DNA of 63,039 nt, the filler included, from Globobulimina sp. (taxonomy: Eukaryota): assembly GCA_003354225.1 (NCBI GenBank). It is 28 parts of 28 records of this genome, joined end to end, with 100 filler letters (N's around TTAATTAATTAA, not from the genome) between each part and the next. Parts side by side here need not be neighbours in the genome. Positions count along the whole stretch, not along the records: positions 22,560 to 24,714 come from PIVH01008576.1; positions 24,815 to 26,969 come from PIVH01008577.1; positions 27,070 to 29,224 come from PIVH01008578.1; positions 29,325 to 31,479 come from PIVH01008579.1; positions 31,580 to 33,734 come from PIVH01008580.1; positions 33,835 to 35,989 come from PIVH01008581.1; 22 more parts are not named here. One strand, given 5' to 3'. A program made the position numbers and the translations under genes. Shown here piece by piece: positions 22,880 to 36,089 of this stretch (position 1 is the first letter of the stretch; each line of letters starts with the position of its first letter). The notes beneath the pieces were generated by a model, which searched no databases, was not told the origin of the DNA, and saw nothing but the letters and a program-made list of their open reading frames with translations.

Positions 22880-24481
22880 ATTACGAGTCATAAAATAAGG
22901 AATCCACAAACTTGTGACGGGAAAGATTGCATTCATTTATACAGAGCTACTCGCGACAGAGATTCTGCATTGGATCAAGATCTTTCCACTAAGAAAGTAT
23001 TGTTTAATACAACAAAATATGATGATTTTATATATATATCGATGATGGACCGAGCCCATGTTATTTTAAGACATTCGCAGCAAATTTGCAGTAAAAAGCA
23101 GAAACAGTTGGATTTTACGATGAAGGATGACTTTGACAGAATAGAAATGAGTAAAATCCCAATATACTCCACTGGCGTATTCATTGAATATCACAGTTAG
23201 GTGCACCTATTTGACACATATTTGACACAATTTTAACTTTCAACAATCAGCATTGAAACCATTATTCTCCAACTTATTTGATGAGATTACTCGACATAGC
23301 ACTCAAGCTTTAACCGGAGAGCAATTTGATTCTGAATTAAAAGCATCTAAAATATTTTTGCAAACCATCAAGCCAAATAAATGGACGTCGTGCAAAGCAG
23401 ATGAAAAATATGGAATTAAGCTAAATGAAAAAATACATATTGAAAATGTGATGGCGATTAAGTTTTATTGTAATTATTCTCACCTTTGTGCAGCATTTAG
23501 GGGGTCATATAGAAAAATTAGCGAACATGACACCAGTCAGGATATAATACGCAGACATTGCAACAATTATTATTGGTTTGGTAGATTTTTAACCACAGCA
23601 ATCGAACATTGGGGGCAAATTTCAAACAGAAGCACTGCGACTAAAATTTATCATGGATTGTCACGTAAATTTAAATTTAATCACTTTTCAGCTGTTTATG
23701 AGATGCCAACGTCCACCACGTGGGATTTCAATGTGACACAGAAATTTATTGGTGCCGGAAGTGGAATAGTTTTAGAACTGAGACCAAAATGGTCCAAAAC
23801 TATCAATAATTCACGATATTTAAATGTTTCTGCATTGAGTGATTTTAAAGATGAAAAAGAATATTTAGTTTAGTATATGCATAATACATTATCTGTTGCC
23901 ATAAAATAAGCATAACATGTTTTATATCAACACCGTGACAGTTTGCTGGAATGACTGTATTGAGCATCACAAATATATATACTCCATTGGACAATGGATA
24001 TGATGGTTATTGCGAGTATTTTGCCGCATTTTTATATTTTGAACGAATAATTCAACAAACTGTCCATCAAAAAGCGTATTACGTACACGGAGTGGTAACA
24101 GAAGACACGAAGGAAAAATGGATGGATAAGCAAAATAAATATTTGATACCATTGATTGAAGATATTATGTATAGAAATCGATGGAAACATTCTAAACATA
24201 CTTCGATTAATCAAATTCCGAAATATGTTCGGGCTTTGTTTCAACATTTTTGTGATAGTAAAGCAAATCATATCGATTTAAGTTGTATTCATCAAGAGAT
24301 TGTATTTATGCATACTGGATTGACAAAGATATTATTTGAAACCACAGAGATGGATCATTTGGGTTTGAGAGGTTATCAAATTAACACTAAAAATATAAAA
24401 TTAATATTTGCAAATTTGGTTGAATATAAAGATCATATGGGATATTGGATAAAGTTGAATGACACATCTTTTATTGTCTGA
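22880..24481 (+). CDS. ADP-ribosyltransferase-like protein; introns 23196-23250 and 23868-23941; 5' end uncertain
   Basis: AIKFYC...FRGSYR, IYHGL, MPTSTT, GSGIVLEL, SDFKDEKEYL|FAGM. The spliced product is collinear with the unspliced paralog at 60887-62593. Confidence 0.7.
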
Positions 24482-25136
24482 GCACGTTGCCTTTTCGCAT
24501 ATGGCTATTCGTTTCTTTTTTATTGTTGTATATGACATTGATAATATATTATATTGAGTGTCGGAATTGTTTTGCATGTGTACAGACAATTAATGTCCTA
24601 CATATAAATACCAAATAACCAAATAAGTAACAAATGAATTTGCTTTCGTTTCTAGGAAACAATAAGAATCCGGTCGACGCTGCGGGCCAATATGCCACTG
24701 TTGTGGAAGGTTCANNNNNNNNNNNNNNNNNNNNNNNNNNNNNNNNNNNNNNNNNNNNTTAATTAATTAANNNNNNNNNNNNNNNNNNNNNNNNNNNNNN
24801 NNNNNNNNNNNNNNAAGAATATGAAAACAAAACAAATGGACTAAACTGTTGAATATATGTTTGGATGAGACGATAATAGATATTCTTGATTGGCTGTCAA
24901 CAAAACGTGAATAATACGAACGTACACATTTAAAAACCATGCATTGCTCCATATATTTGGATATTTCTCCTCATCAATGTCCAACAAAACATTCGGATTC
25001 TTCAATACCACTCTATATATTACATATTTTTATCATTTACGTACTTCACAAAAACAAAAAATTACAAAAAAATGCTATTTCAAAGTGGCTCAGCAGCGAT
25101 TGGGCGTTCTTGTCATTGCGAAGAAACTAAAAAAAT

Positions 25137-26969
25137 TTAGACCTCACTCCCAAGACCTATCCGAAGTCGATGTTTTTTCATCTTTCCATACAAAAAACAT
25201 ATACAAATAAACCTGTACCTGATATCGGTCACATTTATGCCGTCCATAACAAACAATTGCAATGACAAACAGACAAAACTCAAAGGCTGATACATTGCGT
25301 ATTTGTGCCACCAATAACAAAATATATACTGCAACTTATGGTGAACCAAATCATTTTGCATAAACGCGGCCGACATTGCCTTCAAAAGCAACGCCAAATC
25401 ATCGGAGGACAATGTCGCTGGCAATAATTCACATTGACACGGCATCACATCTTTGATCGTAACCAGCTCATAAAAACACTGCGGCACAGCAAACGATACG
25501 TTGTTTATCCATTCATTGTTTACGAAATCCTTCACAAAGGTTTCGTGGATTTGCTTCACATTGCCGGCAATATGCGATTTATTGAAATATAACTCGTTTC
25601 GCATCAAATCCAAATTTAATCCGTATTGCAAGAACTCAAATTTCGGTGATACTAACAACGAATTCAAATCCAACCAATACAATAAGTGCGGATAATGATG
25701 TCTTATCAAATAGATACATTTCTCGATGGATTTGTCAATGGATTCCTTCCCTTTGTCATTGGCCACAGTTTGCAGCCGCAAATATTCAATACAGCCCGTA
25801 ACCGGCAATGCGTATAACATCTCGACGGGAAACGGCGGCTCTTTGCAAATATGCAGTGCTGAGCTGGCGGTACCAGCCGCGGTATAAAATTGCGATGCTT
25901 TCTCGAATGAATTTGTAGGCGGCGATAAATCCTCATTGCCAGACATGATAACATCGGAACCATCGCTGGCCGGTAGCTGCGGATCGGAATTGTTGTTGTA
26001 CGATTTATAAAATCTGTGATTGCTTAATAGCATAAAGTAAACACATAAGGTAATCTCAAGCGGGTTGGCATAGCAATTAATACTTTTACAGCCGGTATGT
26101 TGCTTCATTTGCGATTCAATGTAATTATAAAAAGCCTCCACGCCACGTTTATTAATCTCGCCATGCGATGACAGGGAGGCTTCCAAATGTATGCGAGACG
26201 TCAGCATTGCGCATCGATCCATTAGTTTAAATAACGTAAAACACTGTGTATAGGCCAGACATATATAAATTGCATGGATACAAATGGTAGGATGCAACTA
26301 AACAGTTTGCGGGAATCCGGCATGGATAGTTTTTGTTGGCCAGCACGCCGCCACAATCACTTCAAATAACCATTCATCCATTTTCATCATATTCTCATTG
26401 AATAAATCTTTGTGAAGCTATATGTATAAAAACAAAAAACATTTAATACATAAAATCCGATAAAAAATAAGCAAAAAGGGACAAAAAAATGCGTTGTTCA
26501 GGTTAAGCGCGGTTGATGTCACTCATATTACCCACTGTTACTGAGTGTATTTGTGGGCTCTGATATCGATATTCATCATAAAATAAAAAAACAATAACAA
26601 ACACATGACATACTATGAACTGAGCGGTGATAAGAAACCTTTCCAATTTATACAAATATAATTTAGAACAATCTAACTGCGGATTGCGGTCAACGACGTT
26701 CATTTCTTCTAAATGGTGTTGCAATCGATTGTAATTTAATAATTTTGATTTTGTAGAGGTGAAAAACACGTCAATATAATTCACCATATTGGACTGAATC
26801 AGGGCTTGTTTCAGTTCTTTAAAATGATGGAATGAATTCGCGTTGATATTTAATGGCAATTTGGTGTAATTTCGCAACGTGTCCAGTATCGGTTGGTGTG
26901 TATCTTGCAAAATATAATGAATCATCATAAAATAATCGATATCGAGAATAGGATGATTGAAATACACCG
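25137..26969 (-). CDS. Hypothetical multi-exon protein
   Basis: Two long same-strand ORFs (154 and 386 aa) separated by AT-rich intron-like sequence. No recognised motif. Confidence 0.5.
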
Positions 26970-27069
26970 NNNNNNNNNNNNNNNNNNNNNNNNNNNNNNN
27001 NNNNNNNNNNNNNTTAATTAATTAANNNNNNNNNNNNNNNNNNNNNNNNNNNNNNNNNNNNNNNNNNNN

Positions 27070-28144
27070 GCAGTTTTCCGGTCTTGTTTAACCTCTCTGG
27101 CAATAATACTTTCTGTTTCTTTTTCCTGTCTTAAAATATTATCTTCCTCACGCAACATATCCTGCACATCATTTAACCATTGTTGATGCCCAACAGTATG
27201 GCCATATTCATTTTTTCCATCACTATAATTTGGTCCATAAATAATCGGTGCGATATATTCCACTCCTTCCGGCAATGGGAACTGTCTCTCTTTACAATAT
27301 TTCATATTTATAAAATGAAAAGCAACAGCCGCACGTGGATAATCTGTCTCATTTGCTCCAGTCGCATGCGGTACATTGTTATTAAAGAATGCAACACCGC
27401 CTTCATTTAATTCGAGATCAACAACATCATTCATATGTGATTCACGTATGGTATCATGACATGTGACATGATGATCAGAACCGCCATCCCTTCTGTGTTC
27501 CAATGGAGTGCCATTCTCATCTTTTGCTGTTGTAAAGCCCTTAACCACTCTCATCGTTCCGTTTTCCTTTTGTACGCACATAGTACACACATATTGCATA
27601 CGCATATATAGTTACATACTTTGGTTGATTTATGGATTGGAATCCAAAAAGCTGTGCCAAACTGAGGTTTTTCAAACAAAAAATAAGCATTATCTTGATG
27701 CCATCCAGTACCTAAACCATGCCGTGCTGGCTTCCAAAATGTTTGTGATAAATAACAACATATATCTGGTTCTTCACTTATATTATCACGCAATAATTTT
27801 GCCATTGTTGCTCCTATTTTTTTATTAAATGGCAAAGATTTGAAAATTGGCAATTCTGGCGATAATGGGCATAATTGTAAATTTTGTGGAATTTGTGTGT
27901 GTGTGACACCATCTCCATCTGTTGCTACATTTGCTAAACGTCCCATATTTCGTAACTTAATTAAACCTGCACGAATTGCACGGAATTCATTCTCATCAAA
28001 GAAATTTTCAATGGATAGATAGCCTTCATGCCGAAAAAAATCGACATCTGTTTGTGATAATGGCGAACTACTAAACGATCGAAATCCGGAATATATACTA
28101 GTACCGCAAGCAAAACGTTGTGGCAACCTTTTCAATGAAGACAT
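27070..28144 (-). CDS. Phytanoyl-CoA dioxygenase (PhyH) family 2OG-Fe(II) enzyme with a mitochondrial-type presequence; intron 27567-27619
   Basis: FFRHEGYL, FWKPARHG, WHQDNAYF (HxD), STK|ENGTM, PHATGAN, PRAAVAFHF. The N-terminus is Arg/Ser-rich. Confidence 0.9.
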
Positions 28145-28198
28145 TGAGAAACGGCAAAAACTTCGGGCGAAAAGATGAGTACACGGTCGCCCGAATGC

Positions 28199-29224
28199 AT
28201 GCTGACTGCAAAAGCACTTCTCGTTGCTAAGCATCTTGAAAAAATAGAAACATTAGAACTCAAATATATTCATGTTGTACAGAATTTATTGCAACAAAAG
28301 TCTGTGATATTGGTGCAATATCAAAAGGAATTCGAATCAGGTTTACGGCATTTGGATAAAATATATCCAGATAATAAAAAAGATAAAAATAGCACTGTTT
28401 CGGCGTTATCTGCTACAAACGTAGGTAATGGGAGTGGAGTTATAACAACAATTACAAATCTAATACCAGCAACAATGTATAATCCCAATCAGTCACCGGC
28501 TAACATCTCGACCGAGCCTATCCATCCAAATGTAGCGCTACAACATTGTATTCGAAATCGATATAATAATACGCCAAATACACCAATTGTACAACAGTCA
28601 CAACATCCAATCTCGATAAGCAATTCAAATAATAATTCTTCCATATCGTTATCGACACCATTTAATACACCAACATGCACACCGTCTGCATCGATGTTAT
28701 TGACTCCGGTGACTCCGCCCATTCCTACTGTCACCATGGCCGACATTCCTTTCATCCCAAAAATGCCAAAACAAATACCAATCCAACAGCAAAGAACTAT
28801 CATTAAGATTGAGAGTGATAATGATGAGGAGGAGGACGAAGCAGATGATGTCGATACATTAAATGCATCAAAAGCGAGCCAACAAATAATAATAAATCAA
28901 AATAATTATAATATGAATAATATTGGCAATAATAATTTTGCCAGTAACATGTCGCAATTTCGTATGTCAATTTTTCTTGTTTTTCTTGTACATATATTAT
29001 AATCATATTTTATATGTGAATAATAGGTCAAAATGGTGCTATTAACAGTGTAAAAAATGAACTTGATCATAATGGAATGTATGATATAGATGAATATGCT
29101 AATTTTACATTTAAATGTTCAAATTGCAGTTTTGAGACAAAATGGAAACAAAATTTAACCCGACATAAAAAAATCCATACAGGTATAATATATATCAGAT
29201 TTATGTAATATGGATGTTATAAGA
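28199..29224 (+). CDS. C2H2 zinc-finger transcription factor, 3'-partial, spliced
   Basis: Low-complexity N-terminus, then an exon at about 29028-29183 encoding FKCSNCSFETKWKQNLTRHKKIHTG. Confidence 0.75.
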
Positions 29225-29324
29225 NNNNNNNNNNNNNNNNNNNNNNNNNNNNNNNNNNNNNNNNNNNNTTAATTAATTAANNNNNNNNNNNNNNNNNNNN
29301 NNNNNNNNNNNNNNNNNNNNNNNN

Positions 29325-29998
29325 TGTTCATCTTTTTCATCCTCATCACTTTCATCCCCCTCAATTCTACCAACTGTCCATGCAGCGACATTAAATATTA
29401 TCTGTTTGACACCTGCTAATTGAACAATGTCCTCATCATTCGAATACCCACAGCAATTATACAAATATTTCACTTGACATTGTTTTACAAATTGTTTTGT
29501 TGGTTGGGGACCTAAATATAAAATATGATTATTATGATATGAACCCATTGCTGTATATTTCAATTCAAATGAACGTACGGGTGACAACAATATAATATCA
29601 TCACCAGATAATATTTTTTCCGGAGATGCGGATTCATCAAATGATGGTTTTATGCACTCATCAGAGTCTATATTGTATTCAAACATGGACAAAGGGAAAG
29701 TTACATCTTTTACTCGTGTGAGCATTTGCAGCAAATCATAATATAAATATTTTCCCGTATGTTGAACCCATTCGATATATATCTTTTGTGTTTTGCAGGT
29801 CATATCTTTCATTAACACTTCATATTTATATTTCTTATGCGCTTTATTCAAGAAGTTCATGTTATTTTCATCATATTGTAATCGAATACATCGATTATTT
29901 GCTGTCCAAAATGATATCTCGTTGCCAATCCATGTTAATGTTTGATATGCATCCGCTAAATCATCTTCATCCGAATCAACAATCGCAACTGCTGACAT
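29325..29998 (-). CDS. Hypothetical protein, possibly the start of a dual-specificity phosphatase-like fold, 3'-partial
   Basis: ILYLGP...VKYLYNCC resembles the DSP N-terminal strands. The catalytic loop is not in the contig. Confidence 0.45.
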
Positions 29999-30050
29999 TT
30001 TATTTCCAAGTAAAAACGTTTTCACTCAACTTGCATTAATATTTGTCTCA

Positions 30051-31479
30051 ATGATGTCAGAGCAAAAACGAAAAAAAGTAATGGTCTCAGGATGCTTTGA
30101 TTTATTACATTCTGGTCATATTAAATTTTTGGAAGAAGCATCGAAATTAGGTGACCTGTACGTATGTCTCGGTACGGATCAAAATATTGAATCTTTGAAA
30201 CATCATAAAACAATGTTCCCGCAAGAGGAACGATTATATATGCTACAATCCATCAAATATGTGCATGATGTGCGTCTTTCGTCTGGTAAGGGTGATATTG
30301 ATTTTGTTGCGGATCTACCCGCCATAAATCCAGACATATTTTTTGTAAACGAAGATGGTGACAGGGAGCCAAAGCCAACCATTATGAAGCAACATGGCAT
30401 TGAATATGTTATCGCAAAGCGAACACCACAACGAGGTTTAAAAAAAAGATCATCAACGCAGCTTAAATTAGATTTAAAACAAATCAAACAACCCAAAACA
30501 GCACAAAGTTAACCAACAAAAATGCATAATAATCCTTGCACAGAAACACCCAAACAACACAGCGCAAACTGTTATGATACCCAAAGATTTCAAAGACAAC
30601 ATACTGCAGAAACTACGCGACATCAAACAGGATGTAATAGAGCTTGAAATGAAAACGTTAACCGAATGTGGGAGTAAAATGGATGAAAAAGTGGATGATG
30701 ATATGAGATGGCCGTGGCGCTTATGCATTGCAGGTGGTTGGTTGGACCAAGCGTGGGTATCTTTGGTGATGCGTGGTGGTGTCATTGTGATTAATGTAGC
30801 TCATCATGAATGTTTCAGGGAGCGCAGTGGTTTGGGCACCTCCACTCGAAGAACAGCAATGAAACTATGGCCAAATGGTGTGCCTAAGGGCTTGGATAAT
30901 ATTGAAAGCGCAAAGTTGTTGTTTGGTGCGGAGAACCCGCCAGGAACTAAATATGTGTCTGGTTCGCAGGATCATTTGGGAATGTTGTTGCCAGGGATCA
31001 ATAGGTTGGACTATAAAGGAGAATATTGGCCGTATTATATTGTGAGAATGGAGGAAGAAGCGAAGCAAAGAGGGAAAAGTATGAAAGGTATATATGAGTT
31101 CGTGGAGAGTGTGCTGTGGTTGGTGCCGTTTAAGAATAGGAAAAAGAATTATGATCCATTGATAAAAAAGGATTTAAGTGTGGAGAATGTGGAGAAATTG
31201 GCAGATGCATCGGATAGAGTATGGAAAGCAATGATCAATTGTGATGCGGAGAATTTTGGGATTGGGTTGACGGAGACGTTAAAAGCATGGAAATTAATGC
31301 TACCAAATACTGTGCCGGATGATTTGGATCCAATTTGGCAAAAATATGATAAGGAAAATTATGGATGTTTATATACTGGCTGCGGTGGAGGCTTTTTAAT
31401 GGTTGTTGCGGATAAACAGCCTCATAACACTGCATTTCAAATACAAATATGTAAGGATGATTGGTGGAGCACAAAATAA
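30051..31479 (+). CDS. Fused cytidylyltransferase-like (HxGH) + GHMP-kinase-like protein; predicted intron 30508-30562
   Basis: VSGCFDLLHSGH...RSST in part 1. PWRLCIAGGWLDQ, RSGLGTSTR, ENPPGTKYVSGSQD and GCGGG in part 2. A 55-nt GTTAAC...CACAG intron fuses them in frame. Confidence 0.8.
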
Positions 31480-33834
31480 NNNNNNNNNNNNNNNNNNNNN
31501 NNNNNNNNNNNNNNNNNNNNNNNTTAATTAATTAANNNNNNNNNNNNNNNNNNNNNNNNNNNNNNNNNNNNNNNNNNNNCTTAGTCACACACATATAAAG
31601 CAATGGCAAAGTAGCCATAAAGTCTAAAGGTGGTAGTAATCCACATCACCCCTTTCTTAATTAAAGGAAAGTAATTCAACGTTTCTCTCAGTCGCTATAG
31701 TTATTCATTAGTCGGATCAATCATATCCAGAAACATCTGATCCTTAATCTGTAATAATCCGTTATAATGGATGCATATAATATGCGTACGTCAAACCATT
31801 ATAATATTGTAATTTATATAATTTATTTAATGTATTTGTATTTTTTAACTAATTCCGTTCATTTTTCATACTGTTTAAAATACCATTAATTATTTGCTAT
31901 ATTAATAATGCATTTGTTAGGTTATCATAACTATTATGGTCTGCAATGCATTCACGAATCTGTACTATTTATGTGTTGTTTTTTATTTGTGCATTTATGT
32001 AAATATAATATAATGTTTTATTTATGTTATTGCATATAATGGCCATATTGCATATAACTACCCGTTTCTTTTATGTTTAGTATTGTAGCATTGGTATTAT
32101 TTGGACTGCAAACAATATCGCATTTAATCACAATTCATACATAACTAAGTACATTATATTATTATTTATAAAATTGTCATTCCTCTATATATTTACCAGT
32201 GATTTATTTGATAATTCCTGTGATTATATTATGGTTTAATATATTTATTACTGTCTAAAAATGTTATTATTTAATATCAAAATGCTGTGTTTTTATCATA
32301 TAAAAGGAATACATATTCAGTTAATCAGTTTAAATATATTATAAATCATCATGTCTTGATTTATAGTATCATTTTTAAAATGTTTTGCATCATTTATTTA
32401 AGTCATATTTTAACATTATTTCATGATTCCACACAATTATTTATCTTTGATATCAGCATTAATATTTTAGGCCATATGTATGGTGTAATATATTGTACAT
32501 TTTCGTAACATATTGTTGTATTTTCTGATGACTCTGATTCATACCACGCTCAATTCACTTATCGTTATTTTTATTTGAGACAAAATAGAGTTTGTTATTT
32601 TTTTTTTTTGATTGCTTATTATAATATAATATCGGATTTTTATTTATTTTATTGGTTTGGATTTCATCTCAATCGATTATTTTACCTTTTGTTCTTGTTC
32701 TTTGTGTCCAGTGACGCCAGTCTGAAAAACTTAACTTTCTTAAAAACTGCTGCATTTCTCCTTTTTTGGACCATGGGCCCGTCGCCCAAATAAGTCGCAA
32801 ATGTATTATTCCACATCCATGAGATGTAAATCGTCATTATAGTCATACATTGGTTATTATAAATATTTTGTATTTAAATTGTATGCACTGATTTGTTTTT
32901 ATTTGCATTGGAATCATAAACTGATATTATAACATTCCAAAACCATTTTACGTGATACCTAAACCAAAAAACACAACAACAACATATTTATACCTATCAC
33001 AACTCATTTAATGCACATAACAATTTATTCAAATAACATTTGTCAATATTTGTCAGAAACAGTATTAAATAAAATGCGAATTTATCTATAGATTAAATTG
33101 TAATTTTCGTAATAATGATTTTTACAATTTGTTTATTTTAGATTTGATTCTTTAAATAATGCATTAATATCTATCAAATACACAATTTCTAAGTCATTTG
33201 CAGCAATATAACGATATGAATTAATTTGTAAAAACATTATTATTAATTATAAAAACATTATTGTGTATTATTATGTTTTCATATAAAATTCATACGGTAT
33301 TTATTAAAAACACGTACATTGCAATTAAATGAATTAAATCGAGCTGTATTTGCGTCTATATTCATTGAAGAATTATGTGTTGTTATCCAAGTATCTTATT
33401 TTTCGTCTCGTGAATCAATATAAATATCACAATTTATTAAAATTAATGTCGTTCTTATTATGAACACTCACCGCAATCATTCAGTACATTAAATGGATTA
33501 AAATTAGCTGCATATGGTACATTTGCATCATGTGTATCATTTGTAAATGTTTTTGCGTGGTTTGTTGTTATATTATTATTATTGGAAATGTATACTTTGA
33601 ATGTAAATCAATTTTATTCATCATTAAGGTATTAAATGTTTATTGTTGCTATGATTTATATGATCAAACAAGCAAATTCCTGCAATTTGCGAGCCGTCTT
33701 AAACATTACACACAGTCTCAACGGGTCTGTGGTCNNNNNNNNNNNNNNNNNNNNNNNNNNNNNNNNNNNNNNNNNNNNTTAATTAATTAANNNNNNNNNN
33801 NNNNNNNNNNNNNNNNNNNNNNNNNNNNNNNNNN

Positions 33835-34302
33835 ATCAGCACAAGATTATCAAGAAAACTCCGCAAAATTATCATCGGCAAGACCAACATCACCAGCTTT
33901 TAAAATTTACAAGTTTCCGCTTGCCGGATTGGCGAGCGGCACACAAAGAGTTACTGGCTTTGCTTTGATATTAGGTATGCATTGATATGATATGATATAC
34001 CGCACATTCGCAAAATGAATTGCCTGACATTTTAATAAACAGGTTGGACCACAGCCGGATTACTCTCATTGCCAGGATTACCAATATCTATTTTGCCAGT
34101 ATTTATTGAAGGAATTAAAGCCGTCCCAATATTGCATGGATTGGTTAAATTTGGTGTTGCATTTTCATTCGGTTATCATGGAACAAAAAATGTGTTTATG
34201 ACAAGAATGCCAACATTGGATGTCAATAATGTTCATAGAGCTGCTGGAATTGCTATGATTGCTGGACTTACACTGTCGGGAATTGCTGTGTTTTTAATAT
34301 AA
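33835..34302 (+). CDS. SDH3: Succinate dehydrogenase cytochrome b560 subunit (divergent), 5'-partial; intron 33975-34042
   Basis: RPTSPAFKIYKFPLAGLASGTQRVTG corresponds to RPLSPHLxIY...SxxHRxTG. Also KFGVAFSFGYH and three TM segments. Confidence 0.8.
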
Positions 34303-34536
34303 ATATTAAATAACTAGCACTCAATCCATTGTTGTGCAAGGATATCATATGCATTGTTTTTCATATTTCTTCATTCACTGTCAACTTTCACGTGTTTATT
34401 TATCTCAGAATCTAAACGACAAACATTAACAAACAACTCTGATTTTAATTAAAAAACTGAGCGAACTGAGATAATCCCAAAACTTTCTTTGTAGCTAATA
34501 GTCAATAATCGTCTCCAAATACACGCATTTGATTGA

Positions 34537-34917
34537 ATGTCTGTTCAAATATTCAATATGCAATCAAAACATGATGATGAATATGCAATTAATACTATTG
34601 ATCCAGTTGAACGTAAAAAACTCAACAAAATGAAGCCAGCAAATGATTATAATGAATATAACCAAATATTCCCATCACATTCAAAATTTCCCGATGAGAG
34701 CACTTTTTCAGCGGGATGTGTATTTGGAGATAGTTGTTCATTTGGGAAAAATACAAAATTTGGAAAATATTGTCGATTTGGTGAAAATTGTGAGTTCGAT
34801 GATGAGTGTGAATTTCAGAAAAATGCTCAATTTGGTTTTGGATGTTCTTTTGGTCAAACTGTATTTCACGAAGGATGCCAATTTGGTATCCGGTCTACCA
34901 GCAAAATTAAGGAATAA
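34537..34917 (+). CDS. Small hexapeptide-repeat (FGxxCx) beta-helix-like protein
   Basis: About 11 consecutive six-residue units: FPDEST FSAGCV FGDSCS FGKNTK FGKYCR FGENCE FDDECE FQKNAQ FGFGCS. Confidence 0.75.
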   Translation: MSVQIFNMQSKHDDEYAINTIDPVERKKLNKMKPANDYNEYNQIFPSHSKFPDESTFSAGCVFGDSCSFGKNTKFGKYCRFGENCEFDDECEFQKNAQFGFGCSFGQTVFHEGCQFGIRSTSKIKE

Positions 34918-35399
34918 TTTATTAAAAAAAGTATTTTTATATTTCGTATTTATACCAATCATTTAATAACAAAATTAATTTTTGTTTTTTGTGTTTCGAG
35001 AATATATAAAAAATCCATTCAAAAATATATAGTGTGTATTTTTCAATGAAGAATAAATTACATTGAAAATACAATGTATGTTATGTATTATTTCAGAATG
35101 TTATGCTTTCCTCAAGAAAACGGTCATCATTTTATCGCAATTTTTTATGTTGTTTTTTTGAATGAAATTTAAGTTTGTTTGCTTTGCTCATGATTCTTGA
35201 TTTTTAATTTTAATGTTTAATCGTTTATTTTTCCATTGCTTATTCTTGAAATTTCAATCACAAAAACAGTTCCATATCGTTTTTAAGGATATACAATGCA
35301 AACCCACACCAAAACTACCGATTGCAAACCCAAACTCAACAAACCATATAAAGCCATGTTCTTAAGCTCGCAGTTTTTTAATTTTATTGAATGCACGTA

Positions 35400-35989
35400 T
35401 GATGGACCATTATTCAACGGGTTCTAAAAAGACAAAGACACAACTACTAGTATCGTGCAATGACTTTGATATTGACCATTATGTTCAAATTCCATTGATC
35501 GAACCTGAAAGCAAGCAACAATCACAATGTTTAATAGCAATGAATTATAAATCTTCCAATTGCACACGGAAAGATATACCTACAATGAAGACTGTAGTGG
35601 AACATGTTACTAATTTGTATGAAATGAAAAGCATAGAATTACTATTCTCTCAACAATTCAATACTCTCTGTTTATTAATGCAATTTAATGATATTAATCA
35701 AGCAACATTTGCTTACAATGGATTAACTCAACTGTTCGAATCACTTTTTTATGTTCAAAATTTATCTCAATTTCAAAAACAATGGATATGTACAAAATGC
35801 ATCAATTACAATACTTATCATAACAATCAACAGATATTTAAATGTTGCAAATGTAATATTGATAATCATAATAAAATAAAATATATTTATTCTCGTATTA
35901 TCCATCATAATCACAGCAAACAGAAAACAATCCCATTAATACACATTCATATCGATTCAAAAAACATTAAACAGCCATTAAAATTTGGC
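35400..35989 (+). CDS. Hypothetical protein with RRM-like segment and RanBP2-like Cys finger, 3'-partial
   Basis: LLMQFNDINQATFAYNGL and WICTKC..YN.......CCKC. Confidence 0.45.
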
Positions 35990-36089
35990 NNNNNNNNNNN
36001 NNNNNNNNNNNNNNNNNNNNNNNNNNNNNNNNNTTAATTAATTAANNNNNNNNNNNNNNNNNNNNNNNNNNNNNNNNNNNNNNNNNNNN

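Noticed and set aside
31580-33734. Genes in the very AT-rich contig
   Set aside because: Only short hydrophobic ORFs expected from composition. A decayed membrane-protein gene near 31770-32250 is possible but unsupported.
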